A DNA stretch of 64,000 bases from Antedon mediterranea (GCF_964355755.1 NC_092680.1:7316001-7380000); one strand, 5' to 3'; positions 1 through 16,193 are shown, counted from the first letter of the stretch. Numbers and translations: made by a program. Notes: generated by a model from the sequence alone, not told the origin.

Positions 1-190
1 TGGTTTATGCGATCTCTTTCATGATTAATTTTAGTTTATGTGATCTCTTTCATGATCAATTTTAACATTTTAAAGTAATCTTTTTCAAGCTAATTTTAGT
101 TTCTGCAATCTGTTTAATGATTAATTTTAGTTCATGTGATTTGTTTCTTAATCACTTTAGATCAATTTTAGTTCATGTGATCTTTTGAAA
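1..190. repeat. Degenerate ~32-bp tandem repeat
   Basis: Recurring ttatgYgatctctttcatgatYaattttagt-like units. Confidence 0.5.
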
Positions 191-441
191 AATACATAAG
201 GGATTCTTCATCTTTAAAATAACATTAGCAAATGTAATGATTATGGAATTTGACTTTTGTGAATAATGTCTTAAGTGGTTTTCAATAGCAACACATAAAA
301 CATGTTTCATCTTTGAAAGAACATATCCATCATAAATATTATTTATCTGTAGTTTTCTGATTTAACATTTATGGACTCTTCATGTTTAGATTCCAAACTG
401 GATAAAAAAGTTCTCAAATGAAAGCGGACACAATTTATTAT

Positions 442-686
442 TATCATATCCTCTGGTATAATCTTACCCCCCCCCCCCCCCCCTATAACACAAATTTGGG
501 CTGACTTTGTGGGGTGGGACTATACCCGGGAAAACCCTGATTCAGGAGAAAAGAAATTATTGGTAAGCATTTCTTATAAAAGTCATTTAAACTGGCTAGA
601 GAGAGATCTACATCCAGACCAAAAGTCAATACTGGGACTATACTCGGGAAATGACCTGAAGTGGGATTCTACCCGAGGATATACGG
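442..686. mobile_element. Degenerate Tc1/mariner (pogo-like) MITE
   Basis: Right end ggattctacccgaggatatacgg|ta is the imperfect inverse of left tatcatatcctctggtataatc; internal repeated gggactatacYcggg motifs. Confidence 0.55.
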
Positions 687-1573
687 TAATTAAAACAAAT
701 TGTTTGATGTGGCTTTGTGTTGGGGACCTAATTCCATTGGTCAGTTGTTTTGCACTAGTCTGATGTGATTGTACTGTGTACTCAATACCTGTATTCAGTA
801 ACATGTGCAGTACCTATTACTGTACTTCAAAATATTTGTATTCACTTTTTAGCTAATCAAATTTTTTCAATAACAAAAAAATGTATAATGATTTACCACA
901 AAGTATAATTTTATAAGGGTACACTTTATATTACGTTACAATATTGGACAAATGCCTAATCAAAATTATTTACAAGAGAAAATTTGTCTAGCTATGATAT
1001 TTGATGTTCCAAGAGTGTCTTACTTGTTTGGGGGTTGACATACAGTAGTAAGGAATTCCAAGCCGCAATACTCAGTTTTGGATAAAACTATTACTATACC
1101 ATAATACTGTTACATACAGTAGTTGATTATAACTATGACTGCATGATTATGTTACTCACTGTAACGAACTTAAATAAATACAGTATGTTCCAATTGATGT
1201 CATGGATGACTGCACATACAATTACTGAATCTAATTGACCATCCAATTATCAGTCACTTGCAGTGTTTCTCTACAAATAAGTGTAAATTTCAAGCTCATT
1301 TTCTCTAGTTAACGGTACCAACAGTTGCATTAACAGTAGGGTACATGCTAATTGATAATTAGAGATTATTTTGCAATGCTATTATTGTTCTATAAATAAA
1401 ACATATCTAATCCATTGACCTGTGCCATATGTGACATAGGGATGATGTCTACATTTTGAAATAGTTTACAATATGCACATACAGCTCACATCAATATTAC
1501 ATTGGCATCACGTTCAGTGTACATAACTTTTACAGCACATGTACATACAGTGTACTGTACATGAGACAATATT

Positions 1574-4500
1574 TACATCACATTTATAGCTCACATTATT
1601 ACAATAAACATTGGCATCATATTCAATGTACATCACCTTTATAGCTCACATTATTACAATAAACATTGGCATCATATTCAATGTACATCACATTTATAGC
1701 TCACATTATTACAATAAACATTGGCATCATATTCAATGTATATCACATTAATAGCTCACATTATTACAATAAACATTGGCATCATATTCAATGTACATCA
1801 TATTAATAGCTCACATTATTACAATAAACATTGGCATCATATTCAATGTACATCACATTAATAGCTCACATTATTACAATAAACATTGGCATCATATTCA
1901 ATGTACATCACATTAATAGCTCACATTATTACAATAAACATTGGCATCATATTCAATGTACATCACATTAATAGCTCACATTATTACAATAAACATTGGC
2001 ATCATATTCAATGTACATCACATTAATAGCTCACATTATTACAATAAACATTGGCATCATATTCAATGTACATCACATTAATAGCTCACATTATTACAAT
2101 AAACATTGGCATCATATTCAATGTATATCACATTAATAGCTCACATTATTACAATAAACATTGGCATCATATTCAATGTACATCACATTAATAGCTCACA
2201 TTATTACAATAAACATTGGCATCATATTCAATGTACATCACATTAATAGCTCACATTATTACAATAAACATTGGCATCATATTCAGTGTACATCACATTA
2301 ATAGCTCACATTACTACAATAAACATTGGCATCATATTCAATGTACATCATATTAATAGCTCACATTACTACAATAAACATTGGCATCATATTCAATGTA
2401 CATCATATTAATAGCTCACATTATTACAATAAACATTGGCATCATATTCAATGTACATCACATTAATAGCTCACATTATTACAATAAACATTGGCATCAT
2501 ATTCAGTGTACATCACATTAATAGCTCACATTACTACAATAAACATTGGCATCATATTCAGTGTACATCACATTAATAGCTCACATTACTACAATAAACA
2601 TTGGCATCATATTCAGTGTACATCACATTAATAGCTCACATTACTACAATAAACATTGGCATCATATTCAGTGTACATCACATTAATAGCTCACATTACT
2701 ACAATAAACATTGGCATCATATTCAGTGTACATCACATTAATAGCTCACATTACTACAATAAACATTGGCATCATATTCAGTGTACATCACATTAATAGC
2801 TCACATTACTACAATAAACATTGGCATCATATTCAGTGTACATCACATTAATAGCTCACATTACTACAATAAACATTGGCATCATATTCAGTGTACATCA
2901 CATTAATAGCTCACATTATTACAATAAACATTGGCATCATATTCAGTGTACATCACATTAATAGCTCACATTACTACAATAAACATTGGCATCATATTCA
3001 ATGTACATCATATTAATAGCTCACATTATTACATTAAACATTGGCATCATATTCAATGTACATCACATTAATAGCTCATATTATTACAATAAACATTGGC
3101 ATCATATTCAGTGTACATCACATTAATAGCTCACATTATTACAATAAACATTGGCATCATATTCAATGTACATCACATTAATAGCTCACATTATTACAAT
3201 AAACATTGGCATCATATTCAATGCACATCACATTAATAGCTCACATTATTACAATAAACATTGGCATCATATTCAATGTACATCACATTAATAGCTCACA
3301 TTATTACAATAAACATTGGCATCATATTCAATGTACGTCACATTAATAGCTCACATTATTACAATAAACATTGGCATCATATTCAATGTACATCACATTA
3401 ATAGCTCACATTATTACAATAAACATTGGCATCATATTCAATGTACATCACATTAATAGCTCACATTATTACAATAAACATTGGCATCATATTCAATGTA
3501 CATCACATTAATAGCTCACATTATTACAATAAACATTGGCATCATATTCAATGTATATCACATTAATAGCTCACATTATTACAATAAACATTGGCATCAT
3601 ATTCAATGTACATCACATTAATAGCTCACATTATTACAATAAACATTGGCATCATATTCAATGTATATCACATTAATAGCTCACATTATTACAATAAACA
3701 TTGGCATCATATTCAGTGTACATCACATTAATAGCTCACATTATTACAATAAACATTGGCATCATATTCAATGTACATCACATTAATAGCTCACATTATT
3801 ACAATAAACATTGGCATCATATTCAATGTATATCACATTAATAGCTCACATTATTACAATAAACATTGGCATCATATTCAGTGTACATCACATTAATAGC
3901 TCACATTACTACAATAAACATTGGCATCATATTCAATGTACATCATATTAATAGCTCACATTATTACAATAAACATTGGCATCATATTCAATGTACATCA
4001 TATTAATAGCTCACATTATTACAATAAACATTGGCATCATATTCAATGTACATCACATTAATAGCTCACATTATTACAATAAACATTGGCATCATATTCA
4101 GTGTACATCACATTAATAGCTCACATTACTACAATAAACATTGGCATCATATTCAGTGTACATCACATTAATAGCTCACATTACTACAATAAACATTGGC
4201 ATCATATTCAGTGTACATCACATTAATAGCTCACATTACTACAATAAACATTGGCATCATATTCAGTGTACATCACATTAATAGCTCACATTACTACAAT
4301 AAACATTGGCATCATATTCAGTGTACATCACATTAATAGCTCACATTACTACAATAAACATTGGCATCATATTCAGTGTACATCACATTAATAGCTCACA
4401 TTACTACAATAAACATTGGCATCATATTCAATGTACATCACATTAATAGCTCACATTATTACAATAAACATTGGCATCATATTCAATGTACATCACATTT

Positions 4501-7500
4501 ATAGCTCACATTATTACAATAAACATTGGCATCATATTCAGTGTACATCACATTAATAGCTCACATTACTACAATAAACATTGGCATCATATTCAGTGTA
4601 CATCACATTAATAGCTCACATTATTACAATAAACATTGGCATCATATTCAGTGTACATCACATTAATAGCTCACATTACTACAATAAACATTGGCATCAT
4701 ATTCAATGTACATCATATTAATAGCTCACATTATTACATTAAACATTGGCATCATATTCAATGTACATCACATTAATAGCTCACATTATTACAATAAACA
4801 TTGGCATCATATTCAGTGTACATCACATTAATAGCTCACATTATTACAATAAACATTGGCATCATATTCAATGTACATCACATTAATAGCTCACATTATT
4901 ACAATAAACATTGGCATCATATTCAATGTACATCACATTAATAGCTCACATTATTACAATAAACATTGGCATCATATTCAATGTACATCACATTAATAGC
5001 TCACATTATTACAATAAACATTGGCATCATATTCAATGTACATCACATTAATAGCTCACATTATTACAATAAACATTGGCATCATATTCAATGTACATCA
5101 CATTAATAGCTCACATTATTACAATAAACATTGGCATCATATTCAATGTACATCACATTAATAGCTCACATTATTACAATAAACATTGGCATCATATTCA
5201 ATGTACATCACATTAATAGCTCACATTATTACAATAAACATTGGCATCATATTCAATGTATATCACATTAATAGCTCACATTATTACAATAAACATTGGC
5301 ATCATATTCAATGTACATCACATTAATAGCTCACATTATTACAATAAACATTGGCATCATATTCAATGTATATCACATTAATAGCTCACATTATTACAAT
5401 AAACATTGGCATCATATTCAGTGTACATCACATTAATAGCTCACATTACTACAATAAACATTGGCATCATATTCAATGTACATCATATTAATAGCTCACA
5501 TTATTACAATAAACATTGGCATCATATTCAATGTACATCATATTAATAGCTCACATTATTACAATAAACATTGGCATCATATTCAATGTACATCACATTA
5601 ATAGCTCACATTATTACAATAAACATTGGCATCATATTCAGTGTACATCACATTAATAGCTCACATTACTACAATAAACATTGGCATCATATTCAGTGTA
5701 CATCACATTAATAGCTCACATTACTACAATAAACATTGGCATCATATTCAATGTACATCATATTAATAGCTCACATTATTACAATAAACATTGGCATCAT
5801 ATTCAATGTACATCACATTAATAGCTCACATTATTACAATAAACATTGGCATCATATTCAATGTACATCACATTAATAGCTCACATTATTATAATAAGCA
5901 TTGGCATCATATTCAATGTATATCACATTAATAGCTCACATTATTACAATAAACATTGGCATCATATTCAATGTACATCACATTAATAGCTCACATTATT
6001 ACAATAAACATTGGCATCATATTCAATGTACATCACATTAATAGCTCACATTATTACAATAAACATTGGCATCATATTCAATGTACATCACATTAATAGC
6101 TCACATTATTACAATAAACATTGGCATCATATTCAATGTACATCACATTAATAGCTCGCATTATTACAATAAACATTGGCATCATATTCAATGTACATCA
6201 CATTAATAGCTCACATTATTACAATAAACATTGGCATCATATTCAATGTACATCACATTTATAGCTCACATTATTACAATAAACATTGGCATCATATTCA
6301 ATGTACATCACATTAATAGCTCACATTATTACAATAAACATTGGCATCATATTCAATGTACATCACATTAATAGCTCACATTATTACAATAAACATTGGC
6401 ATCATATTCAATGTACATCACATTTATAGCTCACATTATTACAATAAACATTGGCATCATATTCAATGTACATCACATTAATAGCTCACATTATTACAAT
6501 AAACATTGGCATCATATTCAGTGTACATCACATTAATAGCTCACATTACTACAATAAACATTGGCATCATATTCAATGTACATCACATTTATAGCTCACA
6601 TTATTACAATAAACATTGGCATCATATTCAATGTACATCACATTAATAGCTCACATTATTACAATAAACATTGGCATCATATTCAATGTACATCACATTT
6701 ATAGCTCACATTATTACAATAAACATTGGCATCATATTCAATGTACATCACATTAATAGCTCACATTATTACAATAAACATTGGCATCATATTCAATGTA
6801 CATCACATTAATAGCTCGCATTATTACAATAAACATTGGCATCATATTCAGTGTACATCACATTAATAGCTCACATTATTACAATAAACATATGCATCAT
6901 ATTCAATGTATATCACATTAATAGCTCACATTATTACAATAAACATTGGCATCATATTCAATGTACATCACATTAATAGCTCACATTATTACAATAAACA
7001 TTGGCATCATATTCAATGTACATCACATTAATAGCTCACATTATTACAATAAACATTGGCATCATATTCAATGTACATCACATTTATAGCTCACATTATT
7101 ACAATAAACATTGGCATCATATTCAATGTATATCACATTAATAGCTCACATTATTACAATAAACATTGGCATCATATTCAATGTACATCACATTAATAGC
7201 TCACATTATTACAATAAACATTGGCATCATATTCAATGTATATCACATTAATAGCTCACATTATTACAATAAACATTGGCATCATATTCAATGTACATCA
7301 CATTAATAGCTCACATTATTACAATAAACATTGGCATCATATTCAATGTACATCACATTAATAGCTCACATTATTACAATAAACATTGGCATCATATTCA
7401 ATGTACATCACATTAATAGCTCACATTATTACAATAAACATTGGCATCATATTCAATGTACATCACATTAATAGCTCACATTATTACAATAAACATTGGC

Positions 7501-10500
7501 ATCATATTCAATGTACATCACATTAATAGCTCACATTATTACAATAAACATTGGCATCATATTCAATGTACATCACATTAATAGCTCACATTATTACAAT
7601 AAACATTGGCATCATATTCAATGTACATCACATTAATAGCTCACATTATTACAATAAACATTGGCATCATATTCAATGTATATCACATTAATAGCTCACA
7701 TTATTACAATAAACATTGGCATCATATTCAATGTACATCACATTAATAGCTCACATTATTACAATAAACATTGGCATCATATTCAATGTACATCACATTA
7801 ATAGCTCACATTATTATAATAAACATTGGCATCATATTCAATGTACATCACATTAATAGCTCACATTATTACAATAAACATTGGCATCATATTCAATGTA
7901 CATCACATTAATAGCTCACATTATTACAATAAACATTGGCATCATATTCAGTGTACATCACATTAATAGCTCACATTATTACAATAAACATTGGCATCAT
8001 ATTCAGTGTACATCACATTAATAGCTCACATTATTACAATAAACATTGGCATCATATTCAGTGTACATCACATTAATAGCTCACATTATTACAATAAACA
8101 TTGGCATCATATTCAATGTACATCACATTTATAGCTCACATTATTACAATAAACATTGGCATCATATTCAATGTACATCACATTAATAGCTCACATTATT
8201 ACAATAAACATTGGCATCATATTCAGTGTACATCACATTAATAGCTCACATTATTACAATAAACATTGGCATCATATTCAATGTACATCACATTAATAGC
8301 TCACATTATTACAATAAACATTGGCATCATATTCAATGTACATCACATTAATAGCTCACATTATTACAATAAACATTGGCATCATATTCAATGTACATCA
8401 CATTAATAGCTCACATTATTACAATAAACATTGGCATCATATTCAGTGTACATCACATTAATAGCTCACATTATTACAATAAACATTGGCATCATATTCA
8501 ATGTACATCACATTAATAGCTCACATTATTACAATAAACATTGGCATCATATTCAATGTACATCACATTAATAGCTCACATTATTACAATAAACATTGGC
8601 ATCATATTCAATGTACATCACATTAATAGCTCACATTATTACAATAAACATTGGCATCATATTCAATGTACATCACATTAATAGCTCACATTATTACAAT
8701 AAACATTGGCATCATATTCAATGTACATCATATTAATAGCTCACATTATTACAATAAACATTGGCATCATATTCAATGTACATCACATTAATAGCTCACA
8801 TTATTACAATAAACATTGGCATCATATTCAATGTACATCGCATTAATAGCTCACATTATTACAATAAACATTGGCATCATATTCAATGTACATCACATTT
8901 ATAGCTCACATTATTACAATAAACATTGGCATCATATTCAATGTACATCACATTAATAGCTCACATTATTACAATAAACATTGGCATCATATTCAGTGTA
9001 CATCACATTAATAGCTCACATTATTACAATAAACATTGGCATCATATTCAATGTACATCACATTAATAGCTCACATTATTACAATAAACATTGGCATCAT
9101 ATTCAGTGTACATCACATTAATAGCTCACATTATTATAATAAACATTGGCATCATATTCAATGTATATCACATTAATAGCTCACATTATTACAATAAACA
9201 TTGGCATCATATTCAATGTATATCACATTAATAGCTCACATTATTACAATAAACATTGGCATCATATTCAATGTACATCACATTAATAGCTCACATTATT
9301 ACAATAAACATTGGCATCATATTCAATGTACATCACATTAATAGCTCACATTATTACAATAAACATTGGCATCATATTCAATGTACATCACATTAATAGC
9401 TCACATTATTACAATAAACATTGGCATCATATTCAATGTACATCACATTAATAGCTCGCATTATTACAATAAACATTGGCATCATATTCAATGTACATCA
9501 CATTAATAGCTCACATTATTACAATAAACATTGGCATCATATTCAATGTACATCACATTTATAGCTCACATTATTACAATAAACATTGGCATCATATTCA
9601 ATGTACATCACATTAATAGCTCACATTATTACAATAAACATTGGCATCATATTCAATGTACATCACATTAATAGCTCACATTATTACAATAAACATTGGC
9701 ATCATATTCAATGTACATCACATTTATAGCTCACATTATTACAATAAACATTGGCATCATATTCAATGTACATCACATTAATAGCTCACATTATTACAAT
9801 AAACATTGGCATCATATTCAATGTACATCACATTAATAGCTCACATTATTACAATAAACATTGGCATCATATTCAATGTACATCACATTTATAGCTCACA
9901 TTATTACAATAAACATTGGCATCATATTCAATGTATATCACATTAATAGCTCACATTATTACAATAAACATTGGCATCATATTCAATGTACATCACATTA
10001 ATAGCTCACATTATTACAATAAACATTGGCATCATATTCAATGTATATCACATTAATAGCTCACATTATTACAATAAACATTGGCATCATATTCAATGTA
10101 CATCACATTTATAGCTCACATTATTACAATAAACATTGGCATCATATTCAATGTACATCACATTAATAGCTCACATTATTACAATAAACATTGGCATCAT
10201 ATTCAATGTACATCACATTAATAGCTCGCATTATTACAATAAACATTGGCATCATATTCAGTGTACATCACATTAATAGCTCACATTATTACAATAAACA
10301 TTGGCATCATATTCAATGTACATCATATTAATAGCTCACATTATTACAATAAACATTGGCATCATATTCAATGTAAATCACATTAATAGCTCACATTATT
10401 ACAATAAACATTGGCATCATATTCAATGTACATCACATTAATAGCTCGCATTATTACAATAAACATTGGCATCATATTCAGTGTACATCACATTAATAGC

Positions 10501-13466
10501 TCACATTATTACAATAAACATTGGCATCATATTCAATGTACATCATATTAATAGCTCACATTATTACAATAAACATTGGCATCATATTCAATGTACATCA
10601 CATTAATAGCTCACATTATTACAATAAACATTGGCATCATATTCAATGTATATCACATTAATAGCTCACATTATTACAATAAACATTGGCATCATATTCA
10701 ATGTACATCACATTAATAGCTCACATTATTACAATAAACATTGGCATCATATTCAATGTATATCACATTAATAGCTCACATTATTACAATAAACATTGGC
10801 ATCATATTCAATGTACATCACATTAATAGCTCACATTATTACAATAAACATTGGCATCATATTCAATGTACATCACATTAATAGCTCACATTATTACAAT
10901 AAACATTGGCATCATATTCAATGTATATCACATTAATAGCTCACATTATTACAATAAACATTGGCATCATATTCAATGTATATCACATTAATAGCTCACA
11001 TTATTACAATAAACATTGGCATCATATTCAATGTACATCACATTAATAGCTCACATTATTACAATAAACATTGGCATCATATTCAATGTACATCACATTA
11101 ATAGCTCACATTATTACAATAAACATTGGCATCATATTCAATGTACATCACATTAATAGCTCACATTACTACAATAAACATTGGCATCATATTCAATGTA
11201 TATCACATTAATAGCTCACATTATTACAATAAACATTGGCATCATATTCAATGTACATCACATTAATAGCTCACATTATTACAATAAACATTGGCATCAT
11301 ATTCAATGTATATCACATTAATAGCTCACATTATTACAATAAACATTGGCATCATATTCAATGTACATCACATTAATAGCTCACATTATTACAATAAACA
11401 TTGGCATCATATTCAATGTACATCACATTAATAGCTCACATTATTACAATAAACATTGGCATCATATTCAATGTACATCACATTAATAGCTCACATTATT
11501 ACAATAAACATTGGCATCATATTCAATGTACATCACATTAATAGCTCGCATTATTACAATAAACATTGGCATCATATTCAATGTACATCACATTAATAGC
11601 TCACATTATTACAATAAACATTGGCATCATATTCAATGTACATCACATTTATAGCTCACATTATTACAATAAACATTGGCATCATATTCAATGTACATCA
11701 CATTAATAGCTCACATTATTACAATAAACATTGGCATCATATTCAATGTACATCACATTAATAGCTCACATTATTACAATAAACATTGGCATCATATTCA
11801 ATGTACATCACATTTATAGCTCACATTATTACAATAAACATTGGCATCATATTCAATGTACATCACATTAATAGCTCACATTATTACAATAAACATTGGC
11901 ATCATATTCAATGTACATCACATTAATAGCTCACATTATTACAATAAACATTGGCATCATATTCAATGTACATCACATTTATAGCTCACATTATTACAAT
12001 AAACATTGGCATCATATTCAATGTATATCACATTAATAGCTCACATTATTACAATAAACATTGGCATCATATTCAATGTACATCACATTAATAGCTCACA
12101 TTATTACAATAAACATTGGCATCATATTCAATGTATATCACATTAATAGCTCACATTATTACAATAAACATTGGCATCATATTCAATGTACATCACATTT
12201 ATAGCTCACATTATTACAATAAACATTGGCATCATATTCAATGTACATCACATTAATAGCTCACATTATTACAATAAACATTGGCATCATATTCAATGTA
12301 CATCACATTAATAGCTCGCATTATTACAATAAACATTGGCATCATATTCAATGTACATCATATTAATAGCTCACATTATTACAATAAACATTGGCATCAT
12401 ATTCAATGTAAATCACATTAATAGCTCACATTATTACAATAAACATTGGCATCATATTCAATGTATATCACATTAATAGCTCACATTATTACAATAAACA
12501 TTGGCATCATATTCAGTGTACATCACATTAATAGCTCACATTATTACAATAAACATTGGCATCATATTCAATGTACATCATATTAATAGCTCACATTATT
12601 ACAATAAACATTGGCATCATATTCAATGTAAATCACATTAATAGCTCACATTATTACAATAAACATTGGCATCATATTCAATGTACATCACATTAATAGC
12701 TCACATTATTACAATAAACATTGGCATCATATTCAATGTACATCACATTTATAGCTCACATTATTACAATAAACATTGGCATCATATTCAATGTACATCA
12801 CATTAATAGCTCACATTATTACAATAAACATTGGCATCATATTCAATGTATATCACATTAATAGCTCACATTACTACAATAAACATTGGCATCATATTCA
12901 ATGTACATCACATTAATAGCTCACATTATTACAATAAACATTGGCATCATATTCAATGTACATCACATTTATAGCTCACATTATTACAATAAACATTGGC
13001 ATCATATTCAATGTACATCACATTAATAGCTCACATTATTACAATAAACATTGGCATCATATTCAATGTACATCACATTAATAGCTCACATTATTACAAT
13101 AAACATTGGCATCATATTCAATGTACATCACATTAATAGCTCACATTATTACAATAAACATTGGCATCATATTCAATGTACATCACATTAATAGCTCACA
13201 TTATTACAATAAACATTGGCATCATATTCAATGTACATCACATTAATAGCTCACATTATTACAATAAACATTGGCATCATATTCAATGTACATCACATTA
13301 ATAGCTCACATTATTACAATAAACATTGGCATCATATTCAATGTACATCACCTTTATAGCTCACATTATTACAATAAACATTGGCATCATATTCAATGTA
13401 CATCACATTAATAGCTCACATTATTACAATAAACATTGGCATCATATTCAATGTACATCACATTTA
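1574..13466. repeat. Tandem satellite array, 55-bp unit, ~216 copies
   Basis: Consensus atagctcacattattacaataaacattggcatcatattcaatgtacatcacatta; exact 55-bp period, only single-base variants, no spacers, no long ORF. Confidence 0.98.
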
Positions 13467-14029
13467 TTACAGAACATGATAGAGTGTACAGTACATGAGA
13501 TGATATTTACATCACATTTATTACAGAACATGATACAGTGTACGAGATGATATTTACATCACATTTTCAGTAGTATTAGTAAAGATAAATAAAAATGTAC
13601 TTAATATTGCATACATTTTTTATTCTGGCTTAGCCTTGCCTACTGTAAAGTATAAGGCGTTGCTGGGTGTATTGAGTTGTCTAAACCACCATATGTTTTC
13701 ATTGTATTATAATAACTCATTTGTACTTTACACTATAATTATATATTGACAATTTGAAATTAAACTTGAACTTGATCTCCAATATAGTCTATAACAAGTA
13801 TGTATGAAGAATGAAAGCACTTACCAAGTACAGTACATACATTTTTCAACAGTTTTAAATTACAGTATTGTTTGCTTTTGTTTATTATAATAATTGTTCA
13901 TTTAATTTTCTTACAGTATACACTATCAGTATATTAGAAAGTAAGATACTTGAATTGTTTATTGTGAAGAACAAATTTTCACTTTTGATTTAAATTTGAT
14001 ATCTGTTAATGAGACGATGGTACGTGCCT

Positions 14030-14154
14030 ATGTGAGTATGTGGTTGGTGGATTAGTTTATTATTGTAGAGGGAAGGAACTTTTGTCTTTCCATGGTTTTT
14101 CCTCGGAAGCACACAACTTTGTTGGTTTATCCAAGTAAGCAGCGCTCATAGACT
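14030..14154. mobile_element. Partial copy of the TIR family ending gtttatccaRgtaagc...ctcatagact
   Basis: Shares terminus with copies at 45312-45484 and 61776-61992. Confidence 0.55.
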
Positions 14155-14995
14155 CCTAGTGGATTATGTTTTTTATTAGTTTGAAAAACAGAATCTATAT
14201 AGAAGTCGGAATTGATACATTATTATATGTTTCATACAGTATCTAGTCTTATTTTTAAGCCTAACACCGCAACTTGATTGTTACTTATTAAAAGCTTTCC
14301 TTCCACCCAGGTACATTAGTAATAGTATATTCATTCAATGTCTGTTATTATTGAGAACTGATTATAGATTTGACGTCAATTGTAAAGTGTACTACATTCA
14401 CAAATATATACCATTTGAGATGAAATAAGAATGATATGTCAAGCATTGTATACTATGTGTCTATTGATTTGAACACTCAATTAACTGATTGCACTGAAGG
14501 AATGAATATAAATGTGTTTTTTCAATTGAGTTTTCTACGACGTGCATTTAAATCAGAATCAGGCAATGAATAATGGAATATGGCCTAATTTCAAATATCA
14601 ACTGTCTGGCTTCCTGTTTTCATAATGTTGTGAATCCAAGTCAATCCAAAGAGTGGTTTATTTATTATTTTATAATCGCATTGGTGTATGGTGTGGGCAT
14701 ATGACTGGTGAGCTGCCAACAAATTAAGCCACTGTAAAAATGCGGCCAGATCAACTTTACTTACCATTGGTTTAGGTTAGGGTTAGGCCAGCTTTACTAC
14801 CAAACATTACCTTTTCTCACCATTGTCTAGAATGTTGTTTTTATTGATAAAGTGTGTTTATTGGCTAGAGAGTCAAATTGTTTGGAGCCTAACTTGTCCT
14901 AAGCCGTTTGCGGTGTATGCCTCTACAACTGGTTGAAGACCTACCTTATAATTATACTGCCAAACTTATTTATCTATTAAATATGTCTTATATTA

Positions 14996-15137
14996 AGCTC
15001 TGTCTGCATTATCAAACTAGTTTTATAAAAAAACTATGTTGTGCCCAAATATGGTAGTGATATGCTCAAATATAATAGTGATATGGTATCATCATGTCCA
15101 TATATGGCCACATAAATTTGATAGTGGAGACATTGCT
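14996..15137. mobile_element. Harbinger-like MITE family A (degenerate copy)
   Basis: Imperfect TIR agctctgtctacactatcaaact; internal ccaaatatggtagtgatat units. Confidence 0.75.
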
Positions 15138-15167
15138 TTACACTACTGTACAGTTTGTCAACCTTTA

Positions 15168-15308
15168 AGCTCTGTCTACACTAATCAAACTTTATATGAC
15201 AAAAAAATGTGATGTGTCCATATATGGACATGATGATGTCATATCACTACCACATTTTGGGCACATCACATTTGTTTGTCAAACTAGTTTAATAGTGTAG
15301 ACAGAGCT
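15168..15308. mobile_element. Harbinger-like MITE family A
   Basis: TIRs agctctgtctacact...agtgtagacagagct, TTA/TAA flanks. Confidence 0.85.
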
Positions 15309-15954
15309 TAAGACAAGTAGTAGATTTAACATAAATGTACAGGTATTATTTCTACAGTATTTATTTCGTGTTTAACCTGGGAAAACATCTCAGTTAATAA
15401 TCAAACTGTATTTATGCCTTGGAGATCCCTCTAGTCATGAAATTCACCACTGGCTTAAATTCCCCCTGGATAATTGGATAGCATTCTGTGTAAATATGCT
15501 TTTGCATTTAAACTTAATGAAATACTAGCACTCAGTAGTAGCATGGTGAAATCTGAAATACTTTAATGTGTACATTTCACTGTATTATAGTCTACTGTAA
15601 AATTAACATAATTTCCATAAATAAATATAGCATATATTTTTGTTATCCAATTTCTGTTGAGTAACCGACATTTTACGAGAGCCTGTGTAACTACCGTATA
15701 TAAAAATATACAGTAAACATTTACATTGAGCTTAAAACTGTAAATTTAATTCTTGAAAAATTTAAAAGTTTCATTGAAAGTATATTGTAGATACCAGTAA
15801 AAGATTGCCTTGTGGCATTCACAATAATTTAAAATTATTAATAAAATGTTATTTAAATGTTTAATCTTGTTTTGGCTACAAATTCATCTACAATACAGTA
15901 AGATTTTGTCTGAATGATGTAGTTATTTGGAAAATTAACATATTAATAAACTAA

Positions 15955-16193
15955 AGCTCTGTCTCCACTATCAAAGTTCATGTGGACATGGACATGTAAT
16001 ATCACTACCATATTTGGGCATATCACTACCATATTTGGGCATATCACTACCATATTTGGGCATATCACTACCATATTTAGGCATATCACTACCATATTTG
16101 GGCATATCACTACCATATTTGGGCATATTACTACCATATTTAGGCACATCACAATTTTTGTTGTTAAATTAATTTGATAGTGTAGACGGAGCT
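15955..16193. mobile_element. Harbinger-like MITE family A with internal 21-bp minisatellite expanded to ~7 copies
   Basis: TIRs plus tandem atatcactaccatatttgggc; explains repetitive ORFs 15943-16177. Confidence 0.85.

Noticed and set aside
1574-13466. CRISPR array (units contain a small acattg/caatgt stem)
   Set aside because: No unique spacers, no cas genes, eukaryotic context
13326-13550. 74-aa ORF at the end of the satellite
   Set aside because: Arises from a variant that removes a stop codon in the repeat
15943-16177. Repetitive 7-aa peptide ORFs on both strands
   Set aside because: Translation of the 21-bp MITE minisatellite
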